From assembly GCA_951406725.2 (NCBI GenBank), contig OX597843.1, positions 7,006,001 to 7,070,000 on the forward strand: a stretch of 64,000 bases of DNA. The letters run 5' to 3'. The position numbers and the translations under genes are program-made. The notes under the pieces were generated by a model. The model was not told where the DNA came from. It did no database searches and saw nothing but the letters and a program-made list of their open reading frames with translations. Below, piece after piece: positions 10,107 through 24,829 of the stretch (position 1 is the stretch's first letter; every line of letters starts with the position of its first letter). Source of the DNA: Octopus vulgaris (Eukaryota).

Positions 10107-12529
10107 TATATAAGTTACAAATTGGAGGTAAAATTTGATAGGAGGGGAAGATTTGGGTTGGGGGTCAGTGGAGTGGTAGTCATGGCGGGTGGAGGGAATC
10201 AGATCAATTGTTTGTGGGGTGGCGGGGGACAGTACCACATCTGTGGTGTGTGATTTCTTGAGTATTTTCTTTTTTCAAGAGTTTGTTGTGGCGGACTGGA
10301 TCACATCTGTGGGGTAGGTTACGTTCAGGGGTCAAAATGTTTGTATACTGAGTAACTTTAAGAAAAAAACTATACCATTGTTTTTTTTTCTTCTTCTTTT
10401 GACTAGACACAATAGCAAAAATTTGTGGAAGAGGAGGGGGTCGTTTCCTGGTGCAAAAGGGACACAGAGGGGGGGCAGTGCTTTTAGGATACAGTTTTCA
10501 GTGTCACTTGAGAAGGTTCTCGTGTAAAGGGAGATAATCAGAGTTTTGTTTTGGTTTTTCAGCAGTTCAGAAAATTGAAAGTTCCAGCAAGGACCACCTG
10601 TCCATCTGTGAAGCTTCCGTTTCTCGTATAAAGGGAGTGTTTTTTATTTCTTTCTAACAGCAGTACAAACGGTTGAAGCTACAGGACTTATCCATCTGGT
10701 GGACGATGCTGTAACTAATGGAATAACTGAAAAAATTAGAGGACGGTGAGTGACATTTATGCTTAGTGCTTGTCTGTCTGTATGTACCCCCTGTCGACAT
10801 CTACACTATATATACACCCAATCAACAGTACATATACACACACTCAAACAACATGTCCAGTCAACTCTACACTCACACAAAATCCACAGTGTGTCTATAT
10901 ATATACACCGCATCAACACCCTGTCTAGAGTCTATGTGTGTATATATATATAATACACACCCAATTGACAGAGACTGCTGTCTTTCTTTTTGCAAGTTGC
11001 AGCCATGCTGGAGTACCGCCTTCAAAAGGTCCTCCCTGTCGTATATAATTCACTCAGTTACTGCTTTTATCAATTTCTACTTGTCAAACAGCTAAGTTAA
11101 ATCAGACCACAATGGTTTTGTATCAAACACTCAGCCAGCCCCATTCCACCCATCTGTAGGTTGGTCTACAGCTTAAACAGTTAGAGACGGATAAATGGAC
11201 AGTTGAAGGTGGTGTGGGATCATAACATTTTTGCTGTTCTCTCTTGTTTGAAACAACAAAACTAATTAGCTTTAAAATGAAAAAACAAGGGGCAGAGAGA
11301 GAAAGACAAAAATAGGGAGAGACATGAAGATGTAGAGATGCTAAAACAGACAAACACAACTGCAGATATATATATAGAGAGAGAAACAAGGATGTAAGGT
11401 GAGAGACAGATTGACAAAGATGCAGAGAGTGTAAGTACGTAGTGATGGAGTACAGGTGGTGTTAGGATTAGCATTGATTGGTTTGTTGGAATCACACACA
11501 CGACCTCTTCCCTTCCACAACACATGCCCACACAAACAAAAAATATATTACCCAATATAACAACCCCGTAAAACACCATCACACAATCGGAACAAAACAA
11601 CTCGGAGAGAGTAGAATCATGATGTGCCAGGCCCCACAGTTTTTTTTTTTTTCACCAAGTTTTTAGCTTCGTATTTTGAGTCAATTTTTTTTCTTTAATT
11701 TTGTCCACAGCTAAGAACTTTTCCATCACTAAAAGACACATTGTCTTTATCTTTTATTAAGGAGGGGGCGAAATGCCCAGTGGCATTTTTCATCCATCTT
11801 TAACGTTTCTGATGAAATAAGGGCCAGTCAAGCACTGAGGGTGGGGGGTTGATTACATCAAATCCAAAATTGCTGGCATGGTGCCAAAATTTGAAACCAT
11901 TATTATTGTAATTGTTTTTTCCAAGACAATTCTTTTAAAAGAAACACATTTTAGTCTTTAAGTCTTGTTGGTTTCATCTTGTAGCAGTAGATGTTGTTAC
12001 CATGGTGATTCTTGTCATGTAACGTTGTTCTTATTGTCGCCATTTTGTTTTTTGGGGGTGAAAAGGACAGGGTGTGGGGTGGGATGAAAATAAACAAAAA
12101 CAATTAGTTGGGGTACAGGGGGGGGGGGGTGTATGCTCAATGTGAGGGGAGATTGAAAAGCAGGGCAGCAGAGAGATGGAAGGGATAAAGAGGGTAGGTC
12201 GATTGCAACCTATTACATGGACAGTCTGTCTGATGTGGTGGTCAATAGTTTTATATATATGTTTATATAAAATGACCACTAAACAGTGCATAGGTCCTTT
12301 GTACCCAAGACAGTTTACACAGAGGGATTAGAATAGAGTAGGAGGTAAAAGAGAATTCAGGAAGGGATGAAAATAGAGAAAGACAAGAGAATATGGAGAC
12401 AGACATTCTTTAAATTTGTTCATGTTGGAGTTGCCCATTATTATAATTATTAATATTACTGTTTGTGTTTCTCTTTTACGCAGCAATCACAACTGACCCC
12501 CCAGAGGTCATGGACATAAGCACACCCTT

Positions 12530-13039
12530 TTACGACACGGGTCGGCCATTCTCGGCAGGCGTGCTCGACCGCGACCCCGCCGCAGAGTGTTGCGGAGAGT
12601 GTGCGCTGGCAGAGATGACGGAGTGCGTCGGACTGGGGGAAGAGGGTGGCTGGGTGGTGAGGAGGGTCGTTGAGGCGACGTCCGAGCTGGTCGACAGCGA
12701 CAGGGGCTGCTGTATGCCCGGCCCCGCCGTACATCTCTGTAGGTTCTGTGATTGCTGTTGCTGTGATGAGGCTGTGGAGGAGCAGCTGGACAGTGGAGAC
12801 GACGACGTGGAGGTGCGGAGGAGGAGGTTGGTGGTGGTGGAAGAGGATGATGAGAGCTGTGGTGCCGTGATCTGTGGTTTGCTTTCGCGACCATCACTGC
12901 TGCCCGTCGTCATTGGTGTCTTGCCACAGACATGATGGTGGTTCTCCCAGTCTTTGTGTTGGCAGAACGAACCGCAATATCGAGCGATGTTGCACCCGCT
13001 GCACGTCTCACTCGCTTTACGTCCGCAGTTCCAACAACT
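12530..13039 (-). CDS. CBFA2T1: CBFA2T/MTG8/ETO (nervy) terminal exon, MYND zinc finger (NHR4)
   Basis: [39 protein letters not shown] is the MTG-family MYND finger. Acceptor ttgcag at 13040-13045, phase 0; TAA at 12532-12530. Confidence 0.95.
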   Translation of the reverse strand, partial: SCWNCGRKASETCSGCNIARYCGSFCQHKDWENHHHVCGKTPMTTGSSDGRESKPQITAPQLSSSSSTTTNLLLRTSTSSSPLSSCSSTASSQQQQSQNLQRCTAGPGIQQPLSLSTSSDVASTTLLTTQPPSSPSPTHSVISASAHSPQHSAAGSRSSTPAENGRPVS

Positions 13040-14263
13040 CTGCAAAGAATCAAGGGAAAGAAATATTAGAATCTCAATGAATTGGAATTTGGTCCAAAAA
13101 AAAAGCAGATATAACGGCTTTATGCTGAGTGCTTGTTTGTATGTACACCCTGTCGACATCTACACTCAAACAACATGTCCAATTAACTCTACACTCTTTG
13201 AGCTCCCTGTCTAGATATGTTATGTATAGGTTTATGTCTATCACTGTTTGAGTTGCATAATAGTGGTTTTATACTGTGAAATTTGATTTAATTTATATTC
13301 CTAACCACATAGTTCTCGGTTCAATCCCACTGTATGGCACCATAGGCAAGCGTCTTCCATTATAGCCTCTTAGACTGACCAAAAATAGTGTTTAAAAACA
13401 TCTTTATTTTTCTCAAGAAACATTTTACCCAACTTGTATACAGATGCGTTTATATATGGAAGTGTGATAGTGCTATGTGTGTATGTCTGTACATACACAT
13501 ATACATGCATACATGCATACATGCATACTTACATACATATATACACACACACATATATGCATACACTTACATCCATATATGTATGCTGGCAGACATATAT
13601 ACATGCATTTATACACACACACATGTGTGTGTCTGTATATATATACATACATATGCTCACATGCATACATACACACACACACACTTACATCCATATATGT
13701 ATGTATGTATTGACATACGCAATTAGCACTATCACACTTCCATATATAAACGCATTTGTATACAAGTTGGGTAAAATGTTTTTAAAACACAATTTTTAGT
13801 GTCAAGGAAAACTACTCTTATCCCAACTACAAGCGTTTTAATAAGAGACACAAAAGTCTGAGACATTTCAGTTTAAGATGGAATTTAATAAGAAATTATA
13901 TTGTGTTGTCCAGGAAGTTCATGCCGATTTATAGTAGCTTACCTTTCGACTTATTTTAGAACATAGCTGCGTCCCTAAAATGGGATTTGACTCCACCTCC
14001 GTATAGGCTATCTTTTGTCGGGGGGGGGGGGGGATATACTTTTAACGTTCCACTGGCACAAGTGCCGATCAGACGATACTATCATCGGCCACGTCAGCGA
14101 TTCTGATTTGATTTGCCTCGACAGGTCTTATGTATCGAAACGTAGAGTAGATGAAACCATGGCGACTGAAGAAGGGTTTTTTTCCTTGTGTTATTTGTCC
14201 TGTACTCTATTTTTGTTTAAGAAAAATGTCCAGTACTCATATATACAGGGTCAGGCAAAATGA

Positions 14264-14750
14264 TCTGACACATTTGTAGATTAAATAAATGGCATTGTTT
14301 TTCGTTTCTCTTTCAGTTGCTGCCATGAATTGGACTGGTGAGCATCGCACTTTCATTGTGGAAACGTTTATCAAAACAAACGATTCTGTAACTGCAACAC
14401 AAAGAGCGTTCCGTTTGCACTTCAATCTTGGTAGACATGATCCCGTACCAGCTCGAAACACGATCTTCTTATGGGTTACCAACTTCAGAGCTACTGGATC
14501 TGCATTGAAACGAAAATCAACCGGCCGACCTCGCACCGCCAGAACTTAAAGATGCAATTCGTCAAGAAATTACAGCCATTCCAAATGAAATGACCCGCCG
14601 AGTGATTGACAACTCTCGTGAACGCATTCGACAGTGTGTAGACAATAATGGATCCCATTTGACTGATTTAATTTTTGAAATAAAATGGCATTTTATGTTC
14701 TTTTCAAAAATAAAAACACTTTTTTGTTTCTTTACTTCATTTGCCTGTAG
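14264..14750 (+). mobile_element. Internally deleted Tc1/mariner-type DNA transposon
   Basis: TA-CAGGGT terminus. MNWTGEHRTFIVETF...TQRAFRLHF...WVTNFRATGS...GRPRT is a DUF4817-like HTH, joined directly to the transposase C-terminus (QCVDNNGSHL). Confidence 0.8.
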
Positions 14751-14777
14751 AGGTAGGTACGTACATGTTTACATATA

Positions 14778-15830
<1,053 letters not shown>

Positions 15831-16710
15831 CGCACTGATTGTGCCTTTGGGATATATATTCCTCTGGGTCCAGTGTATTCATTGGGTATTGCATTTTTGC
15901 ATGCTGATAGCATAAAGCTTGAAACTTTTCAGCATATATATATTCTTTTCAGCCCACTTGTATATTTTGTCCAGCTCACATTGCAGGCGTTTAGTGTCCT
16001 CAGAGTTCTGTATTGCCTGGGAACTTTGTATCACCTGCATATTTTATTTATATTATATGAGGCCATTATGAACAGTAGTGGTATATATTTTATATATATT
16101 TTTTTTTTTTTCATGACCATCTTTCAGAAAGTCATGAAGCCATTCTCCCAGTTTTTTTTTTTTTTTTTTATCGACTTTATCAAAGGCCTTTGCAAAGTCG
16201 AGATATATCACTTCCACATTTGAGTGGTTGAGCAGCCGTTTCAGCACCCAGTATAGTGTTGTAGGAGCTGAGTTAAACAGCTTCTCCCTGGTCGGAAACC
16301 ATGTTGGGTGTCGGGCAGCAAGTCATTTTCTTCAAGGAAGGTGATATATTTTCCTTCTGACTATTCGTTCCATGACCTTGCCGATGTGTGAGGTCAGAGA
16401 GATAGGTCTGTAGTTCTTGGCCTATATATACCTTATATATATTTACCTTTCCTTCAGTTTTCTATATGTTTGCCAGCTGCAAGGAAGTTTGAAAAGGAAC
16501 TGCAGTGGTCTTGCTAGGACTCTTATACTTTATATATATTTCCGGGAATCCATGGGGCCAGTAGCTGAGTCTGTTTTCATTTCATCTATAGCCTTTATTA
16601 CATCGTCTTCCTTTATATCGATGTAATCTATCGTCGCCGCCTCTGATTTTAAATCTGCAGTGGTAAAGAAGTCAGTATGGATTGGTGATTTGGATATGCC
16701 GATAGGGGTT
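15831..16710 (-). mobile_element. Garbled third copy of the CR1-like LINE RT region
   Basis: Colinear with 22959-23930, but blocks are overwritten by TA/T runs ([18 protein letters not shown] retained). Confidence 0.75.
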
Positions 16711-16719
16711 TAGTGATAT

Positions 16720-18542
<1,823 letters not shown>

Positions 18543-19138
18543 ATTGGGTGGGGGCACCGCGGAGGTTGAAAAAAAGATGATAGAGCGAGACTTGGTCTGG
18601 CAGAGTTAATAGAGGAGAAGTTAGTTAGATAAATAAATAACAACAGATAGGAAAACATGTATGATTGGTCGAGAATTGAAGTGAAAATAAAATAATATAA
18701 GCATTCAAACTGCCAGCTGTGCTCGAGATTATTAGCTGCTAGGTGAATGAAAGAGAGAGCAGTCATATTGTTGCCTTAAGTAAAGGAATTTTTGGACAAG
18801 GCGGAAGTGTATTAAGGGAACAGGCTTCAAAGATGGCGGAGATCGATACGCGAGGGTTGAAAAAAGATGATAGAGCAAGACTTGGTCTGGCAGAGTTGAA
18901 TAGAGGAGTAATTAGATAGGTTATTTATATATATTGATTGATTCAAATTTATATAGATTTTTTATATATTTATTATTCTATTTTATCTTTCACTTAGGCC
19001 CACATCTTAGTTAAAGTTACGATCGTCATTTGGTTTGTTTACATTTGCAATAACTGTTCTCGATATAATAATTTTCCAGATACTCTATCTTCCTGTCTTC
19101 TCTCGAACATAATTAGATAAATAGACGGATTATCCAGC

Positions 19139-19430
19139 ATGGAGATGTGACGAGCTGGATTTATTCGTACGAGCATGGGAGTGCGCCGGCGGAGATAGCC
19201 CTAGCGAGGTGATTGCGGCAGCGGCTCAGATGGAGCGAAAGAGACAGGAATTTGTGCGCTTGTACAGTCGCGCACTTGATGCCATCTTTGAGAACGAGCG
19301 GGGCAAGATTGGAGACGATGAAAGAAGTCACGCCCAGGAGGAGGTTTTGAATGAGAAACCTGCCCGGGAAGTGAAACCCAGGTGCAAGGGCCATGGAGAA
19401 CCCGAGGAGGAAGAGCTCAAGCAGGACCAA
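19139..19430 (+). pseudogene. Unidentified coding fragment, possibly a LINE ORF1 N-terminus
   Basis: GC-rich frame DELDLFVRAWECAGGDSPSEVIAAAAQMERKRQEFVRLYSRALDAIFENE..., fused to the LINE endonuclease sequence that follows. Confidence 0.35.
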
Positions 19431-22080
19431 AGAGTGGAACCAAACAGCGCACCCCAGGTCCTCTTGTCATACTCAAACTCGGTGTGTGACACACTAATTG
19501 TACATATTAGGCAACTTGATGTAGTTGTGTGTGCTACAGATGCCATGTGGGCAAGTTCGAAGACTGCCTTATAAAAATAGAAGAAATTCTAAACACATAG
19601 GTGTGCTTCTTATGGGAGACTTCAATCTGCCCAATGTCAGATGGCCCGAGGGCCTTTCTCTCCCAGGAATGACAAGATGTGAACGAGGTCCCTCATCAAC
19701 ACCCTGTACATGGAGCAGGTAACACACTGGATCTCTGCTTCACAAATGACATGGATCTCATCCATAATGTGAAAGTGACACCGACACTACTCTCGGATCA
19801 CAACATGATAGAGCTGACCATGTACGGGCCAAAGAGAGCACGGACATGCAGCCTACAAGAAACCCTCAAAATCTTTCCAGCTTGAACTACCATAAGGCAA
19901 ACTGGAAACAAATTGAGAAAGAGATCCTCAAACAAAACTTGCCTTGAATGTCTCTCCTCGCCAGACATCGACGTGAAACTTCAACAATTCATGTCTGTAA
20001 TGCAAGCCATATGCTACAAATGTGTCCCAGAGAGAAAGGCCACTGTACACAAGAACAAAATCCCCAGAGAGAGGAAAATTTTAATGAGACGGCGTACGAA
20101 ATTTTCAAATCGCCTAAACAAACAGATTGAAAGCAGTGAAACGTCCCGCCTAAAAATAAAACTGTTGGAAATCGAAAAATGTCTGCAACTCTCCCATGAA
20201 AAAGAAAGAGCAGACAAAGAAGCCTGGGCTATAGAAAACATAAAATCTAACCCCCAGAGCTTTCTACAGGTATGCCAAAGAAACAGCTACAGTGCACTGT
20301 AGAATAGGGCCACTCCTTGAAAAGGATGGCACACTTACAGGAAAACCAATGAGGGTAAGTGAAATACTGAATGAGCAATTCAAGAATGTTTTCACTCCAC
20401 CCCTTGGGCATCACCAATCCAACTGACTTTTTTACCACTGCAGATATAAAATCAGAGGCGGCGACGATAGATTACAACGATGTAACCAAGGCTATAGATG
20501 AAATGAAAACAGACTCAGCTACTGGCCCCGATGGATTCCCGGCAATCCTCCTAAAAGCATGTAAGAGAGTCCTAGCAAGACCACTGCAGTTCCTCTTTCA
20601 GAGCTTCCTTGCAGCTGGCAAACTTCCAGAAAACTGAAGGAAGGTAAAATGATGCCCCATTCATAAAGGAGGTAGCAGAGCGGAAGCCAAGAACTATAGA
20701 CCTATCTCTCTGACCTCACACATCAGCAAGGTCATGGAACGAATAGTCAGAAGGAAGCTGATCACCTTCCTTGAAGAGAATGACTTGCTGCCCGACACCC
20801 AACATGGTTTCCGACCAGGGAGAAGCTGTTTAACTCAGCTCCTACAACACTATGACTGGGTGCTGAAACGGCTGCTCAACCACTCAAATGTGGAAGTGAT
20901 ATATCTCGCCTTTGATAAAGTCGATCATGGAATGATATGTCACAAACTGCGTGATCTCAACATAGTTGGAAAACTGGGAGAATGGCTTCATGACTTTCTG
21001 AAGGATAGAAGTCAGGTGGTAGTAGCCAATGGGGCCACCTCCATTAACACACAAATAGTGAGCGGTGTTCCGCAGGGCACTGTTCTGGGACCACTACTGT
21101 TCATAATGGCCCAGAGAGCCACGATCACAGGCAATACAGAAACCTGAGGACACTAAACACCTGCAATGTGAGCTGGACGAAATATACAAGTGGGCTGAAA
21201 AGAATAGCATGCAGTTCAATGCTGGAAAGTTTCAAGCTTTATACTATCAGCATGCAAAACTGAATGCAATACCCAATGAATACACTGGACCCGGAGGGAT
21301 TGCACAATCAGTGCGTGACCTTGGTATTCACATGAGTGATGACGCGACCTTTCATGTACATGTTGCTAAACTGACAATGAAATGTAGACGGCTGGCTGGA
21401 TGGATTCTTAGAACCTTGAGAACAAGAAACCATGATGGTCCTCTGGAAGACACTTGTCCTAAGCCACTTTGACTATTGCTCTCAGCTATGGTCACCATCC
21501 AGTGTCAAGTTGATCACAGAACTTGAGGCGATCCAACGAAGCTACACAAAGAAGATAGCCTCTATGCAGAATGTAAGCTACTGGGAAAGACTCAAGAGAT
21601 TAAAATTATATTCCCTGGAGCGTAGGCGGGAAAGATATGCCATAATATACATCTGGAAGATCCTGGAGGGAAGTGTCCTGAACTTTGGCATCGAGAGTTA
21701 CGCAAATGCCAGAACTGGGCGCCACTGCGTGGTGCCTAGGACTCCAAACCTGCCATCAAGATGTAGGACAAGATTCTGTGATAGCCTGGGCTTCCGAGGC
21801 CCACAGCTCTTCAATATCCTCCCGAAGAACCTGAGAGACCTGCATGGGGTGGATACAGATGTCTTTAAAATGAAGCTGGATCTCTTCCTGTCAGGTGTCC
21901 CAGATGAACCAACTTCACGGCAGGAGGGGCAGATGAGGGCAGCTGCATCGAACTCTCTCATGCACCAAATAGCAGTTGCTAGAAAGCCTCCATGAAGTGA
22001 AACCAAGTAGCAACACCAAATGGCGGTGCCCCAGCATGGCCACAGCTCATAAACTGAAACTAGAATCAATCAATCAATCA
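19430..22080 (+). mobile_element. CR1-like LINE ORF2 (endonuclease + RT), frameshifted, with (ATCA)n tail
   Basis: MGDFNLP, GNTLDL, SDHN, GPDGFP, YRPISLTS, QHGFR, GVPQGTVLGPLLF, YSLERRRERY. Confidence 0.95.
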
Positions 22081-22123
22081 TATATATTTATATATATTAT
22101 TTATATATATATATATTTTATAT

Positions 22124-22191
<68 letters not shown>

Positions 22192-22236
22192 ATAAATATA
22201 TTATATATATTTTATATTATTTATATATATATTATA
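22081..22236. repeat. AT-only spacer between the inverted LINE copies
   Basis: Degenerate TA repeat. Confidence 0.9.
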
Positions 22237-24005
22237 TGATTGATTGATTGATTCCAGTTTCAGCTTATGAGCTGGGGCACCGCCATTTGGTGTTACTTCA
22301 TGGAGGCTTTCTAGCAACTGCTATTTGGTGCATGAGAGAGTTCGATGCAGCTGCCGTGAGTTGGTTCATCTGGGACACCTGACAGGAAGAGATCCAGCTC
22401 CATTTTAAAGACATCTGTATCCACCCCATGCAGGTCTCTCAGGTTCATCGGGAGGATATTGAAGAGCTGTGGGCCTCGGAAGCCCAGGCTATCACAGAAT
22501 CTTGTCCTACATCTTGATGGCAAGTTTGGAGTCCTAGGCACCACGCAGTGGCACCCCAGTTCTGGCGTTTGCGTAACTCTCGATGCCAAAGTTCAGGACA
22601 CTTCCCTCAGGATCTTCCAGATGTATATTATGGCATATCTTTCCCGCCTACGCTCCAGGGAATATAATTTTAATCTCTTGAGTCTTTCCCAGTAGCTTAC
22701 ATTCTGCATAGAGGCTATCTTCTTCGTGTAGCTTCGTTGGATCGCCTCAAGTTCTGTGATCAACTTGACACTGGATGGTGACCATAGCTGAGAGCAATAG
22801 TCAAAGTGACTTAGGACAAGTGTCTTCCAGAGGACCATCATGGTTTCATGTTCTCTTGTTCTAAAAGAATCCAGCCAGCCAGCCGTCTGCATTTCACTGT
22901 CAGTTTAGCAACATGTACATGAAAGGTCGCGTCATCACTCATGTGAATACCCAGGTCACGCACTGATTGTGCCTCTGGGATTGCAATCCCTCCGGGTCCA
23001 GTGTATTCCTTGGGTATTCAGTTTTGCATGCTGATAGTATAAAGCTTGAAACTTTTCAGCATTGAACTGCATGCTATTCGTTTCAGCCACTTGTATATTT
23101 CGTCCAGCTCATATTGCAGGTGCCTAGTGTCTTCAGGGTTCTGTATTGCCTGTGCATAACTTGTGATCGTGGCTCTCCGCGTGGCTGAGGGCATGTCTGA
23201 GAGGGCCATTATGAACAGTAGTGGTCCCAAAACAGTGCCCTGTGGAACACCGCTCACTATTTGCGTGCTAATGGAAGTGGCCCCATTGGCTACTACCACC
23301 TGACTTCTATTCTTCAGAAAGTCGTGAAGCCGTTTTCCAACTATGCCAAGATCACGCAGTTTGTGATATCATTCCATGATCGACTTTATCGAAGGCCTTT
23401 GCGAAGTCGAGATATATCACTTCCGTGGTTGAGCAGTTGTTTCAGCACCCAGTCATAGTGCTGCAGGAGCTGAGTTAAGCAGCTTCTTCCTGGTCGGAAA
23501 CCATGTTGGGTGTCAGGCAGCAAGTCATTTTCTTCAAGGAAGGTGATTAGTTTCCTTCTGACTATTCGTTCCATGACCTTGCTGATGTGTGAGGTCAGAG
23601 AGATAGGTCTGTAGTTCTTGGCCTCCGCTCTGCTACCTCCTTTATGAATAGGGCATATTTTACCTTCCTTCAGTTTTCTTGGAAGTTTGCCAGCTGCAAG
23701 GAAGCTCTGAAAGAGGAACTGCAGTGGTCTTGCTAAGACTCTCTTACATACTTTTAGGAGGATTGCCGGGAATCCATCGGGGCCAATAGCTGAGTCTATT
23801 TTCATTTCATCTATAGCCTTTATTACATCGTCTTCCTTTATATCGATGTAATTTAACGTCGCCGCCTCTGATTCTATATCTGCAGTGGTAAAAAAGTCAG
23901 TTGGATTGCTGATTTGGAAATGCCCAAGGGGTGGAGTGAAAACACTCTTGAATTGTTCATTCAGTATTTCACTTACCCTCATTGGTTTTCCTGTGAGTGT
24001 GCAAT
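22237..24005 (-). mobile_element. CR1-like LINE, 5' truncated, inverted copy of ~20330-22080
   Basis: Same RT motifs on the minus strand; (TGAT)n tail at 22237-22252. Confidence 0.95.
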
Positions 24006-24035
24006 ATATATATATTGGTTTTCCTGTGAGTGTGC

Positions 24036-24747
<712 letters not shown>

Positions 24748-24829
24748 ACTCACTTAACAATAAAATCATTGTTACAGTTCACTTGTTCAAAATCAGCGTC
24801 CGAGAAGACATGCACTTGACTTAGTATAA

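Noticed and set aside
12465-12935. 156-aa plus-strand ORF
   Set aside because: Antisense shadow of the GC-rich MYND exon.
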